Source of the DNA: Octopus sinensis
Taxonomy: Eukaryota
Length of the DNA stretch: 64,000 nucleotides
Direction: 5' to 3'
Assembly (NCBI RefSeq): GCF_006345805.1
Contig: NC_043007.1
Span: 39,618,001-39,682,000, forward strand
Shown: positions 1 through 13,895 of the stretch, piece by piece
Layout: every line of letters starts with the position of its first letter
Numbering within the stretch: the first letter of the stretch is position 1
Notes under the pieces: generated by a model
What the model was told of the DNA's origin: nothing
What the model saw: only the letters and a program-made list of their open reading frames with translations
Database searches by the model: none
Made by a program: the position numbers and the translations under genes

Positions 1-2
1 AG

Positions 3-55
<53 letters not shown>

Positions 56-56
56 C

Positions 57-94
<38 letters not shown>
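1..94. repeat. (AGAT)n microsatellite
   Basis: Direct tandem AGAT array; a (CATA)n array follows at about 163-227. Confidence 0.95.
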
Positions 95-192
95 GGAACC
101 TTGGATTTAGGTTAGAAACCGACTTCTCTATTGGCAAGAAATCTTGAAATAAAACTGAATGGCATACATACATACATACATACATACATACA

Positions 193-226
<34 letters not shown>

Positions 227-345
227 CAAGTTTAAGGATGTTAAGGTTTGAGGAGATTGTATTGATAGTAGTGAAATTATCGATAAATATCGCCAGAATA
301 TTGAAACTCAGTTGTATATGCATCAGACATTGTATCCCTCTAGAT

Positions 346-606
346 CAGAGGTTCTCAAATGGAGTCCATATGGCCCTTTGTGTTTTATATAAGATTTTGT
401 TGTTAAAATTCATCTGCAACAGATTGGTTGCATTTCTACTATCCACAAAATATTTTAACAAATTTTTATTATACAATTCCAAATAGCATTTAATCATAAA
501 AATATCATAGGTGTTTTTTTAACATCAATTGGATGTGACTGTGCACTCGAGTAAAATAGGAATCGAGGAGACTCCATAACTTAAAAAAAAAAGTTGAGAA
601 ACATTT
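346..606. mobile_element. Probable hAT (Charlie-like) MITE
   Basis: Left end CAGAGGTTCTCAA, degenerate right end TTGAGAAACATTT. Flanked by a near-identical 8-bp TSD, CTCTAGAT (338-345) and CTCCAGAT (607-614), matching the NTCTAGAN Charlie target. Confidence 0.5.
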
Positions 607-1189
607 CTCCAGATGATTATTTCCAAAAGGGTTCGTTTTGTTTCTCGACAAGTATTTTCAGTAGAAACCAAAAGGAGATAAGCTTAAATCAATGAAAATG
701 ACCAATGTCAACTGTAAACGTCATGTCCTGAATAAAACTGAATTGTGATCTGTAACCAAGACGAACAGTCTGTGCAGTTTCATAAAAATTGCTTATTCAA
801 TAGTAGAATGTAATGGCTAAAAAACTACAGGCTGTTGAGATTACTGAAATGGTAGAGTTTCCAGAGATGTTGTCACCTACAATTACATTTTCGAAGCAGT
901 TATTGCCACTGATGAAAGATCGTATGTCGCATACAAACACACTGCGATCATCAGAGCATAGCTGTCCCATGCATCGAATATTGCGACCATCTGCTGCCTG
1001 ATTGAAAATCAATTTTGAACAAATACATAAGAACAGAGCTGCTTTTGATAAGACCTAGACCAAATTCTGTGCAAATTTAAACAAAACTGAGATCAGAGTA
1101 GACAACCGACAGTCCCAAATGGCGGATAATGCCCGCAGCATAAATGCATGTTGGAACATTGAAGTGGTTGTCATCGAAATCGAATCCAC

Positions 1190-1219
1190 AGCTGCCATAT
1201 ATATATATTATATATATAT

Positions 1220-1252
<33 letters not shown>

Positions 1253-1500
1253 AGTGTGTGTGTGTGTGTGTGCGTACGTGTGTATGTGTGTGTTATGTAT
1301 GTATATATATGTAAATGTGTATATCGGTGTAACTCATTTTTTGATGTTATTCGCTCTGTAAACATAGTCATTGTCATACATACACATATACACATAACCT
1401 TTATTCATAACCTCATTTATATATACACTCACACACGCACGCATAATCACACGCACACACATTCACGCTCTCACACTCACACACACACACAAGCACACAA
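1190..1500. repeat. Compound (TA)n/(TG)n/(CA)n microsatellite
   Basis: Direct reading. Confidence 0.9.
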
Positions 1501-1599
1501 TCGCGCGAGTATATGAAGGTACAGCAATCATATAGTTGAAATATTGCTTATTGATAACTGGCAGATTAGAGCGTTGGAAGATGTTTGTTCTGATATTTC

Positions 1600-4067
1600 T
1601 GTATATCATAGCAATAGCAGGTAAGCTCTCCAGATATCAGAAAAGAATAGATCATTATCAACATGATATTTGAGACAGAACAGAGGAGATTTTATAATCA
1701 AATAGAGGAGAATAAAGTACTGAAGATGAGAAACTTAATGCAGAAGAAGCTAGAAGGTTCTGGTGTAATATTTGGGATAAACCAGTCAATCATAATGGAT
1801 ATGCAGTATGGTTAAAGAAAGTGAGGGAAAAAGTAGTGAGTGAGAAGCAGCTCTAAGATCTAAGATTAAATAGTACATTAATGTGTAAGGTGTTAGGAAA
1901 ATTTCCGAATTCCAAGGGACCGCGGCCAGATTTAGTTCAAGAGTATTGGCTAAAGAAATTTAATAGTTTACATGGGAGGCTGAGGGAGCAACTTCAAGAT
2001 TGCCTTAATGGAGGAATAATACCAGATTGGATGACTAGAGGAGGACAATACTTATGAAGGATAAGAGCAAGAGTAATACAGCTAGCAACTATAGACCAAT
2101 CACTTGTTTACCATTAGTGTGGAAGCTGTTAACAGGAATGCTCGAAGAGCACCTTGCCAATCAGAATTTGCTACCAGAAGAACAGAAAGTTTGCAGGAAG
2201 AAGGCTAGAGGAACGCATGATCTATTATATAAAGACAAAGCAGTTCTAAATCAACTAAAAACTAGAAAGAAAAAATTAACAATGGCATGGATAGATTATA
2301 GGAAAGCCTAGGGCATGATCCCACACTCATGGACAAGTGTTTGAGTATGTTCAGTATAGCAAACAACATAAGAGAACTAATTAGCTTTAGCATGACGAAA
2401 TGGAAAGTAGATCTCTACTGAGGTGACACGCTCTTAGGGAAAGTTAATGTCAAAAGGGGAATTTTCCAAGAGGACTCATTGTCCCCCTTAATATTTGTCT
2501 TATGTTTGATCCTCCTCAGTTTAGTATCAAGGAAAGCAAATGCAGGTATCAGTTCAGAAACAGTAAGGGAAAAATTAACCATTTGCTCTACATGGATCAT
2601 CTAAAGTTTTTTAGTAAGAATGAAAAAGAGATAGATTCCTTAATACAGACTGTAAGACTCTTCAGCAAAGATATAGGCATGGAATTTGGCATACGTAAGT
2701 GTGCAATATTTGTCATGAGAAGGGGACAGGTAATCAACAGCGAAGGCATCCAATTACCGGATGGGCAGACATTAAAATCATTGAAAGAAGAGAGTTAAAA
2801 GTATTTAGGAGTATTAGAATCTGACAGAGTACTAACTACAAAGATGAAAACGAAAATTGAGAAGGATTACATCAGAAGGGTGAGGAAGATAATGAAGTCA
2901 AAGCTAAATGGACCGAATCTAGTGAAGGCTGTAAATACTTGGGCAGTATCATTACTTAGATACTCAGCAGCTTTTGTAGATTGGACAAAAACTGAATTAG
3001 CAAAGCTAGACAGAAGAACTAGGAAGGAATTCAACATGAATGGAGGACTCCACCCAAGGGCAGGAGTAGCAAGCTTATATCTACCTAGAAAGGAAGGTGG
3101 AAGTGGGTTAATATCAGTAGAAGACTGCGTAGAGTTAGCTAGTGTAGATATAGACTCCTATATAAGTAATAGTGAAGAAAGCTTATTAAAAGCTGCTACA
3201 GTCACGGCAGGACATAGGGAAACCAAAACACTGAAAAACCGGAAAAAATAACAGAAATTATCTGACTGGCAGGAGAAGACGTTGCATGGTAGATTCCCAA
3301 AGATAGTTTCAGAAAATAGTAGTAGTGAGACATGGTTATACCTGCAAAAAGGAATCTGAAGAAGGAGATAGAAAGTTTGTTAGTAGCTGCACAAGACCAA
3401 GCATTAAGGACTAAATGGATAAAAGCCAAGATAGATAAAAGCCAAGTAGATTCCTAATGTAGACTATGCCAATCAAAAGAGGAAAGCGTTACTCATATAG
3501 TAAATGAATGTAGCATGCTGGCACAGAAAGAATACAAGAAAAGACATGACAATCTATGCAGAGCAATCCACTGGGAGCTTTGTAGAAAGCTAGGATTTGA
3601 ACATACTGATAAATGGTATGAACATGAACCTAGTAAAGTACTAGAAAGTAGCAATACAAGATGTTGTGAAACTTTAACATTCAGACTGACAGAGTAATAG
3701 AAGCTAGAAGGCCTGATTTGGTAGCAGTAGATAAAGAGAATAGGAAGTGCTAGATAATTAATGTCCCAAATGATGAAAAAATTAATAAGAGATGTATAGA
3801 AAAAATAGCAAAGTACCAGGACCTAGCTATTGAATTACAGAGACTATGGAAAGTGCGGGTAAAATGTATCCAAGTAGTTGAGGTACATGGGGAACTATCC
3901 CTAAAGATCTGAACAGATGGATAGGGGAAATTGGCATAAAACCCAGTTTAGTAAAGCTGCAGAAAACAATGTTATTAGGGACAGCTAGGGTTCTTGGTAT
4001 CTAAGGTTATTTGTTGTAACACAATGTTAGGATTGTTTTCATTTCCAACAGTCTAATCTATTGAGTG

Positions 4068-4068
<1 letters not shown>
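1600..4068 (+). mobile_element. 5'-truncated, decayed Dong/R4-clade non-LTR retrotransposon (RT plus restriction-like endonuclease)
   Basis: ORF fragments carry NYRPITCLPLVWKLLT, AWIDYRKA, LLYMDHLK and LYLPRKEGGSGL (RT). A CCHC knuckle precedes MLAQKEYKKRHD, and an RRPDLVAVDK RLE motif lies near 3705-3735. Many stops and frameshifts. Short 3' UTR ends in (TAA)n. Confidence 0.88.
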
Positions 4069-4132
<64 letters not shown>

Positions 4133-4160
4133 CAACAACAACAACAACAACAATAATAAT
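4069..4160. repeat. (TAA)n/(CAA)n array at the Dong 3' end
   Basis: Direct reading. Confidence 0.95.
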
Positions 4161-4538
4161 ATCCTTTCTACTATAAGGACAAGGCCTGAAATTTGATGGG
4201 GGGAGCCAGTCAATTAGATAGACCCCAGTACGCAACTGGTATTTAATTTATCGACCCCGAAAGGATGGAAGGCAAAGTCGACCTCGGTGGTATTTGAACT
4301 CAGAACGTAGCGGGAGGCGAAATACCTATTTCTTTACTACCCACAAGGAGCTAAACACAGAGAGGACAAACAAGGACAGACAAACGGATTAAGCCGATTA
4401 TATCGACCTTAGTGTGTAACTGGTACTTAATATATCGACCCCGAAAGGATGAAAGGCAAAGTCGACCTCGGTGGTATTTGAACTCGGAACGTAGCGACAT
4501 TTCGTCTGGCGCGCAAACGATTCTGCCACCCCACCGCC

Positions 4539-4540
<2 letters not shown>
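4161..4540 (-). mobile_element. SINE-A (tRNA-derived, Meta/Sauria-like core), two-unit copy
   Basis: Reverse complement carries the B-box GAGTTCAAAT and the core GTCGACTTTGCC..CATCCTTTCGGGGTCGAT twice. Flanked by TAA arrays on both sides (right array 4540-4617). Confidence 0.85.
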
Positions 4541-4620
<80 letters not shown>

Positions 4621-5077
4621 TCCACACAAACAAGTAGAAACATTAATGATATCTGGAAGAATAAGAACGCCGTCGACATTAACAGCAAGAACAACAACAA
4701 CAACAGTGCCACGAATAACAATTATAACAGCAACAACAACATCTCATTGGTAGATATCAATATAATATTGATAGATGAGGAGAGGCTGCTGGAAGGAGAA
4801 AAAAAATGTACTTATTATGGTCTTTAAGTAAACAAAGACATTTTGTTGGATGCTAGGCGGTGGTGGGCTCGGGTGGGATGGTAACGAGGGGCGTCTTTCT
4901 AGGAAGAAATACGTTAAAGAGCTAAAGAGATAAACATCTAGGGAGAAGAGAAGGGGAAAAGACAGAAGGGGGGGGGGAAGAGAAAAAGATGAGGATGCAG
5001 AGAAAGATGAAAGGTGAAACGGACCGATGTAGAGTGAAAGAATATAGATGAAATATATAGATCATATATATAGATGG

Positions 5078-5078
5078 T

Positions 5079-5113
<35 letters not shown>

Positions 5114-5116
5114 ATG

Positions 5117-5177
<61 letters not shown>

Positions 5178-5328
5178 GTTATTCTAAATGGCTCATGGCG
5201 AGAAAGAATTGCGTAGGAGATATGGAGGCTCAAAAAAATATAACCCGTTATTGTATAAAAAGATGACGGAATATTGCATTGAAAGAACTAGGAAGTAAGT
5301 ATGGCGACGCGGAATGAGTGTGTATGAA

Positions 5329-5369
<41 letters not shown>

Positions 5370-5445
5370 TATATATAATATATATATTATATATATATAT
5401 ATATATATATGCGCATACACACACAACACATATATATATATATAT

Positions 5446-5487
<42 letters not shown>

Positions 5488-5585
5488 ATTATACACAAAC
5501 ACACACGTAGCTATTATTATTGTTATAGACGCGCCACACATACATAAGTAGCTGTATATATGTATATATATATGGGTATATATGT

Positions 5586-5631
<46 letters not shown>

Positions 5632-5834
5632 CAAAATATTTACCGCGAGCAATACATTTCTTAGCTTTGCATTATTGTGGGTGTTAAATATAGAACATAG
5701 AATATAATTCTACATTCCCACTCTTCCCCCCGCCGATTATATATGTATATACATTCGTACATACATATACATACATACATACATACATCCGCATGTATAT
5801 CTATATATATATAAATACGTATACACACACACAC

Positions 5835-5876
<42 letters not shown>

Positions 5877-5889
5877 TACACGTATATAT

Positions 5890-5924
<35 letters not shown>

Positions 5925-6031
5925 TATATACATATATATATATATGTATGTATCGAAACATATATATGTGTATGTGTATATATATATATATAATATATAT
6001 ATATGTATCGAAACATATATATGTGTGTAAT

Positions 6032-6117
<86 letters not shown>

Positions 6118-6175
6118 ATATATATTATATATATAATATATATAATAAATATATATACATACATATATATATATT
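5078..6175. repeat. (GT)n and (AT)n-rich microsatellite field
   Basis: Direct reading; source of the YI/VC/HT-repeat pseudo-ORFs. Confidence 0.9.
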
Positions 6176-6399
6176 ATGTTCAAGATAAAGGAGGGATGAA
6201 AGCTGGGAGAGGAGGGGAGAAAGGAAGGAGAAGAAAAAGAATATAAGGAAATCTAAATTCATAAAAGGAATATTAAAAGAATATTGAGATTAATAAGTAT
6301 ATTCATTGTTAGTCGGACCATTCCACTCATCCCACACCTCCAACCTCTCCTCCGCCTCCTCTCTCTCCCTCTCTTTTTCGTATTTGCTGTTTCTGCTTT

Positions 6400-6610
6400 T
6401 ATTTATCATTAATAATATTATTATTATTATTATTCATATTATTGATTGTATTATTATCGCCGTCGTCATTCTCAGGATTGTGATGGTGGAGGTGGTGATG
6501 ATCCTCCTCCTTTTCATCTTGCTTCCCCTTCTCGTTCGCTTCTTCTTCCACTCCTTCTCCTTCTTCTTCTTCTTCTTCTTCTTCTTCTTCTTCTTCTTCT
6601 TCTTCTTCTT

Positions 6611-6652
<42 letters not shown>

Positions 6653-6960
6653 ATACTACTACTTCATCTTCTTCCCCCCTCCTGCTCCTCCTCCTCTTCT
6701 GTTTCAACATCATCATAGTCGTCGTCGGCGGTGGCAAAGTTCTCCTCCCCTCGCTTCTCCTTTTTCTCCTCCTAATGATCGTCGTCGTCGTCGTCATCAT
6801 CATCATCATCATCATCATCATCACCACCACCATCATCTTCATCACAATCGTAGTCATCGTTGTCGTCCTCATCAATGTCGTCACCATCGTCATCATCGTC
6901 ATCGTCATCATCGTCATCATCGTCATCATCGTCATCGTCGTCATCGTCATCCTCGTCATC
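6400..6960. repeat. Compound trinucleotide field (ATT, TTC, CTA, GTC, CAT)
   Basis: Direct reading. Confidence 0.9.
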
Positions 6961-7074
6961 GCTTCTTTTCGGTTTATTCATTCTATCCTTTACTTATTTG
7001 CTTTATTTTCGTAGTATGTTGATGGTATTAATATTTTGTTGCTTTCGTTTGTTTAACACACGCATGCACCAGAC

Positions 7075-7389
7075 ATACACACACACACCCATATATATAT
7101 ATATTATATATATATAATATATATATATTATATATATATGCGTGTATATATATTATATATGTACGTATATATGTATGTATGTCTATATATATGTATATAA
7201 ACATATATATATAATATGTATATATAGTTATATATATATATACGCATATATGGCATATATATATATACATACATATATATATATGTAGTATATATATATA
7301 AATATGTATATATATATAATATATACGCATATATATGCATATATATATATATACATATATATGTATAAATATATATATTATTACACATA

Positions 7390-7469
<80 letters not shown>

Positions 7470-7748
7470 TATAAATCACACACACTCACATACATACGCA
7501 CTCAAATTGATATTCGAACAAAATGAATGAGTTGTACGCCCTTTGCTCTTTTTGTGTTGTTGTTGTTGTTGTTATTGTTGTTGTTGTTGTTGTTTCGCTG
7601 AACATTATAAGATCGTTGTGTTCGGTTCTTTAAACGTCTCTGTTTGTTTATGTCTTTTAATCTTAGCAAAGAATCTTCCACAATGAAATCCAAAGTATCC
7701 AAATGGTAAAATGGTAAATGGGGAAGAGAATAATAATGATAATAATGT

Positions 7749-7803
<55 letters not shown>

Positions 7804-7877
7804 GTGTGTGTGGTGTGTGTGTGTGTGTGTGTGTGGTGTATTGTGGGGGGTGTGTGTGCGTGTGCGTGTGTGTGTGT

Positions 7878-7916
<39 letters not shown>

Positions 7917-8365
7917 ATAAAAAGTAATGTGTAAAAAAAAAATTCAAAAGCAACATCAAAAATAACGGAAAATAGACGAACATCAAGAGCAGCAGCAACA
8001 ACAACAACAACAATTAAATAATAAGAAACGGTATCTCGTAAAAATAATAATTTACCATACACGCACACAGTCACACATACACACTCATACACACACACGC
8101 ACATGCACACACACACGCGCGTACACTCGTAAATATACGTATGTATATATGTATGCATGTACGTATATGTGTTGTACGAGTGTATGTATGGATATATATA
8201 TGTGGACAAGTATATGCCTATATATATATATATATAACATATGTATATATATGTGCACGCGTGTTCATATACATGTTCCCACATATGTATATGAACGTGT
8301 GTGACAGTATGCATATACATACGATATATATATACACATATGTATGTATTATATATATATATGTG

Positions 8366-8410
<45 letters not shown>

Positions 8411-8455
8411 CATACGTATGTACGTATGTATATACATATATATATATATATAAGA
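7075..8455. repeat. (AT)n/(GT)n/(CA)n microsatellite field
   Basis: Direct reading. Confidence 0.85.
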
Positions 8456-9844
8456 GGTACTCTTTTTCTCTTGTAATTATTATTGACTTTATTTTATTGT
8501 TGATATTAAAAAAATTCGCCTTGTTATTACTATCATTATAGGAAATAAAGATGCTGCTGCTGCTGTTGTTGTTGTTGTTGTTGTTGTTGTCTTTATTCAA
8601 TTTGGCCTCTACAGTCGTTCTTTATATCGCACCAAGTTCGCTGAATGAGATTTTGTTCTCTCTTGATTTATTTCACAAAAATTCGTTTTGGGATCGCGTA
8701 GACATGTAATCCCACTTCCTGAGGTAGGCAAAAGAAATCTGTGCTTTACATGTACTTAGCATCTTTTTACTTTTAGTATTTACTTTCATTTTGATATATC
8801 TTCCAGTTCTAGAGAAGCAGTAAACACTCCCGAGAAAACTTTGTTCCATACTTTGTTTCCAAGCCGAAAATATAATAAAACCTAAATAAATGGAAATATT
8901 AATTTACGTACTAAACAGACAATAAAAGTACGGACTCTAGTTGATTTTGGTTAACAACGCCAACCAAAGTAATAGTTTTTTCCTGGAATAGTGTTGCTAA
9001 CCAAAGAGAATTGTCATTGATTGCTAAACTATCGTTGTTTTCGAAAAAAGAAGACAACGTGGCAGTGGTACGTCACTAACATAAGTGCCTCTTTGCTTAA
9101 ACGATTTATGCAAGGGCAGACAAAAAGGAATGTAAGTCACCTCTGCTTAACGGAGTAATGAGGGACTGGTTCAAATTGCACCATGAGAACAACTGAAAGA
9201 GACTCTGATGTTTTCTGTATCAGGGCAAAGTGTATAAGAGATTGCGCCAATGTTTCAAAACTGATGAGAAGAGAGGGAAATAAGGATAGCTGGATCTTAA
9301 ATATCAGCACATAAACTACTGCTCCGATTGTGGATTCTCGTAGCATAACACAACATAGGACATTGTGTTGTTGATCCTCGGTATATTACCATCTGTGAGG
9401 CACAAAATGTGCAGTTGGTGAGTGATAGGTTGACACGCAATGACATGCTCTGTGTGAGTCTACAAGCATAGGCAAGTTGTGATAACCTGAAAGACCATGG
9501 AACAATCTAAGAACAGCACCTCACTGTGAGCGCAAATAAAAAGGCGTAATATTAATGGAGCAGATATACGTGTTGTACGTGTGGCGGTAAAAGCCACTCG
9601 AGAGCATTCTTTTATGAGGTACTGGAACAGCAAGGAAAAGAGAACGACTAGCAACAGAAAAAGACAGCCACAACAATAGAAACTGTTGTTCAGGGAGCGA
9701 CAATTCTTGCAGCGTGGGAAATATCGAAAAACTTGCTAATATTTAATGCCAATTGCCGACGAGTAGAAAACCGAGAGGCCCTTCATAGATATACTTTTTT
9801 CGTAGAAAAACCGCAGAGTAGAATGAACGTAGCATTATTTGGCG

Positions 9845-10645
9845 AATGGGTAAGGTAGAAAGCTGGAGGAGAGGAAACGAGATGCAGTTGAGAGTGGGTC
9901 GTGTGAGAGGAGAGAAAGAATGGTGGTGCGACCAGTTTCCCGAGAATAGTTTAGGGGGCTTTGGACATGGGTGGTGAGGAGTTCACGACAATTGAAGAGA
10001 CGGGTCACGTATTTAGGGTGCGTTGCAAAATCTTGGTTGCGGCTACACGGACGGCGAAGACGGAGGAAGTGGGAGTAACGGATGGTGTATATGGGGTGGG
10101 AGAGGTGGGAGGAGGAAAATTGAGGTAGAAATGAGAGTCGGTAGATATAAAGAAGGCAGAAATGGTAACAATGATTGAGATTGGCGGTGAGCTGGCAGAG
10201 GCGGCGAGCTGGCAGAGGCGGCGAGCTGGCAGAGGCGGCGAGCTGACAGAATCGTTAGCAGACCGGGCGAAATGCTTAGCGGTATTTCGTCTGCGTTACG
10301 TTGTGAGTTCAAATTCCGCCGAGGTCGACTTTGCCTTTCATCCTTTCGGGGTCGATAAATTAAGCACCTGTTACGCATTGGGGTCGATGTAATCGACTTA
10401 ATACCTATGTCTGTCCTTGTTTGTCCCCTCTGTGTTTAGCCCCTTGTGGGTAATAAAGAAATAGGTAACAATGATTGAGATGGTTAAGAGAAATAGAGCT
10501 AACTTTAAAGTTAACAGGGTTATCAGTGATGACAAAAGTAAATTCAAAAGAGGGATGAAAAAAGAAAACAAAAGAGATGAAGTTATTCAGTTGCTCATGG
10601 GAGAGGAAGCATGCGCGATACAATTATCTATGTAACAACCGCATA
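9845..10645 (-). mobile_element. Decayed Penelope-like RT/thumb fragment, interrupted by a SINE
   Basis: Minus-strand translations (HEQLNNFISFVFFFHPSFEFT; TDSHFYLNF; YSHFLRLRR.CSRNQDF) parallel the intact PLE at about 58200-58460 (SFHPALHFT; TDSHSYLNF; YSQFLRLRRLCS). Confidence 0.75.
10182..10463 (+). mobile_element. SINE-A monomer with 18-bp TSD
   Basis: TSD GGTAACAATGATTGAGAT at 10164-10181 and 10464-10481. 5' head 17-mer repeated four times. Ends CCCCTTGTGGGTAATAAAGAAATA. Confidence 0.9.
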
Positions 10646-11302
10646 GCTCTGGTGGTGGTGTGGGCTGTCCGGTGAACTCAGAGTAGATTTATACTGTGAT
10701 GCCAAACTTCTTTAATACGTTCACCGGACTTGTACATATTGATGACATTTTGCATATATCGCCAGCAAATTATGATTATTATGTAACTCTTGGCTACCTG
10801 AAACAGCTGTTGAGATAAGACATTACAAATTTTCTTTATTCTGTATTTTTGTTGCTCCATGTAAATATAATATTGAACCTAATTGTGTTTATCTATCTTA
10901 CCACCTCCATATCAGCGCTATTTGTATTTCTATAATAGTCTGTGTTGAAGCCGTGAGCCTTTCTCTGGGTGAGAAAGTCGAAATTTAAGTACTAATTCAT
11001 TCGAGTACTTCTATGTATTTTTAATACTGAGCTTATTTAGCTTTCCCTTCCTGATTGTATTAATGTATGTATGTATGTATGTATGTATGTATGTATGTAT
11101 GTATGTATGTATGTATGTATGTATGTATGTATGTATGTATGTATGTATGCATGTATACATATATATGTGTGGTTGTGTGAGTGTATCATATGTATATATC
11201 TATTTTGAGCCTATATATACATATATATGTGTATGTGGGTATGTACGTGTTTATATGGATATGTAAGTATTAGTATATGTATTTATAAATGTATATATAA
11301 GT

Positions 11303-11461
11303 GCAGGAGTGGCTATGTGGTAAGTAGCTTGTTTACCAACCACATGGTTCCGGAGTCAGTCCCACTGCGTGGCACCTTGGGCAAATGTGTTTTACTATAG
11401 CCTTGGGCCGACCAAAGCCTTGTGAGTGGATTTGGTAGACCGAAACTGAAAGAAGCCCGTC

Positions 11462-11499
<38 letters not shown>

Positions 11500-11742
11500 G
11501 ATATATATATATTATATATAATAATATATTATATATTATATATATGTTTGTGTGTCTGTGTTTGTCCCCCCCCCAACATCGCTTGACAACCGATGCTGGT
11601 GTGTTTACGACCCCGTAACTTAGCGGTCTCGGCAAGAGAGACATATAGAATAAGTACTAGGCTTACAAAGAATAAGTCGTGGGATCGATTTGCTCAGCAT
11701 GCCCGCAGTCAAATGACTGAAAGAAATAAAAGAAAAAGAAAA
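11303..11742 (+). mobile_element. SINE-B (CORE-type, OR2-like)
   Basis: tRNA-like head, CORE-like ACCTTGGGCAA, internal (TA)n(TG)n, tail CAGTCAAATGACTGAAA. Matches copies at 32471, 33936 and 39237. Confidence 0.85.
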
Positions 11743-11799
11743 TATGTATATATGTATGTATATCGCCTGTACAAACATGACAAATAATCCGAGAACATA

Positions 11800-12252
11800 A
11801 TATATAAAGTAAAGTTTATTCTAGTATGGTGAACGAGATCCAAAGAACTGAAGACAGATCCCTTCTCTACAGCTAAGCCCCCATCGACTTTTTCGAGTTC
11901 CATTTCAAAAGGGAAGTGAGGGTGGGGAAGGAAGTTCTGTCCCCACTTCCAGTAAATTTGTTGAAAAGTAGATGAATGTGACGATAATGGCCTTTGTGAA
12001 CCGGAGGAGTTGAGACAAAGAGAGAGAGACGTCTGATGAGGCGCACCTGGCGGTCGGTTTAACAAGGATGTGTGGGGTTCCCTGGTTGTCTCTGTGAGGA
12101 GGAACTCACCATACTTTTTGGAATTTTTATTAATTGTTTTGTTAATTGTATACTTATTGTATTCACGACATTGTTCAACATCCCACTTTTCCCTATGTTA
12201 TTGTACAGTCCCTATTAGTTTTGTGTTTGGCCCTTGTGGCCAATAAAAGAAT
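11800..12252 (+). mobile_element. 3' fragment of a Tx1/L1-clade LINE
   Basis: Broken translation (W*TRSKELKTDPF; IDFFEFHFKREVRVGKEVLS) parallels the C-terminus of the 46.7-50.2 kb element (WTRLKGLETNTF; INFFKYHLKRKVRVERQVLS). Tail GGCCCTTGTGGCCAATAAAAGAA, then (ATT)n. Confidence 0.7.
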
Positions 12253-12254
12253 TT

Positions 12255-12285
12255 ATTATAATTATTATTATTATTATTATTATTA

Positions 12286-12359
<74 letters not shown>

Positions 12360-12424
12360 TACTACTACTACTACTACTTTATTATTATCATTATTGCTAT
12401 TATTATTATTATTATCATTATTGC

Positions 12425-12484
<60 letters not shown>

Positions 12485-12485
12485 T
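12255..12485. repeat. (ATT)n array
   Basis: Direct reading. Confidence 0.95.
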
Positions 12486-12536
12486 GTGGTACACGGAATT
12501 TTTAAAGTGCGTGTGCGCATTTGTGCGCAGGCATTC

Positions 12537-12590
<54 letters not shown>

Positions 12591-13182
12591 AAGCGTATCT
12601 GCTCGTCTTCTTGGGGAGACAAGGAGGTGTGTTTCATTGCTAATGAGTCACGGTATGGTGCCTACGAGACTGGTTCAAATCTAGCGTCATCCCCGCCTAG
12701 GTGACTGCGCATCACTCTTCTGCGTCAAGTGATTCAATTAATCAAGGTGTCACCGTGTGTGGTGGGTAGGAAGTAGGGTTTCATTAGTGAAGGTGTCTCT
12801 GTTTAGGTTGCGTCTCCACACCTCCACCATGACCAACATTCAGACGCGTGGACAGATGTCATTGCCATTATTATTTTTGCTGTTGTTGTGGATAGTATTG
12901 TAGTTGTAGCTGATATCAATTGTAATGAAAGTGGTGAAGATGGTATGGGTCGTGGTATAGTGGGTACTGGATGAGGTTGGAGAGGTGTAGATGGTGGTGG
13001 CGTCGGCGGTGATGGTGGTAGGCGGTGGCAGTGGTCGTACTTGCGGTGGTAGTGATTGTAGAGGAAGTGACTGTAATAGTAGTAGTCGTGGTGGTGGTAG
13101 TCGTGGTGGTGGTGGTGGTGGTGGTGGTGGCGGCGGCGTGGCGGCGGCGGCAGTAATAGTAGGGAGCGATATTAGTGGCCTA

Positions 13183-13390
13183 AAGGTGAGAAACTGGCAG
13201 AATTGTTAAGCTCGCCGGGTAAAATGCTCAGCGGCATTTCGTCCGTCTTCACGTTCAAATTCCGCCTAGAACGGCTTTACCTTGCATCCCTTTTCGGGTT
13301 CAATTAAATAAGTACCAGTTGAGCACCGGGGTCAATACAGTCAACTTACCGCCTCCCCGAAAATGCAGGCATTGTACCAAAATTTGAAAC
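13183..13390 (+). mobile_element. Diverged SINE-A monomer
   Basis: Head AAGGTGAGAAACTGGCAGAATTGTTA, core remnant, tail CCAAAATTTGAAAC. Confidence 0.7.
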
Positions 13391-13895
13391 TTATATAACT
13401 GGTCATAGGTTTGTTGCTTGTAGTTCTTCTTGCTGCTGTTGTACGAGAAAGGTCAGTGTTATACTAGTTCTACAACACAGCCCAACCCTGATTAAATATA
13501 CTCGAGGTACAGTGATGTTCAGTGAAACGACTGGAGTTGAACTTACAAACCTGGCACTTCGGGTGCATCATATCTCTCTTAGGTCACAATGACACTGCGC
13601 ACTGACTCTGATATATGCAACATAAGGGAAGAGTGCAGGATATTTGCTTTCAGCATGTTGCATATTTATGACTGTCTACTCGGGTCTATAATCTCCTATA
13701 AATTACGTTGTTTGATCACAGCGGAGTGCAGCGAGGTGGTCACGGTCGGAGGGTAACAGTTGGTGTGCTTTTAGCTTTTGTTATTGATATTCTGCGATCC
13801 AGTACACATCGGGTGACTAATATTAGTTTTAGTCCTGATGCTGTTACTTATTTTCTTTGGGAGGGAGATATACGTATATATATCTCTCTATTTAT

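Noticed and set aside
813-1001. Faint similarity to a hAT dimerisation domain or a mariner TGDE motif
   Set aside because: Too weak and inconsistent between frames to call.
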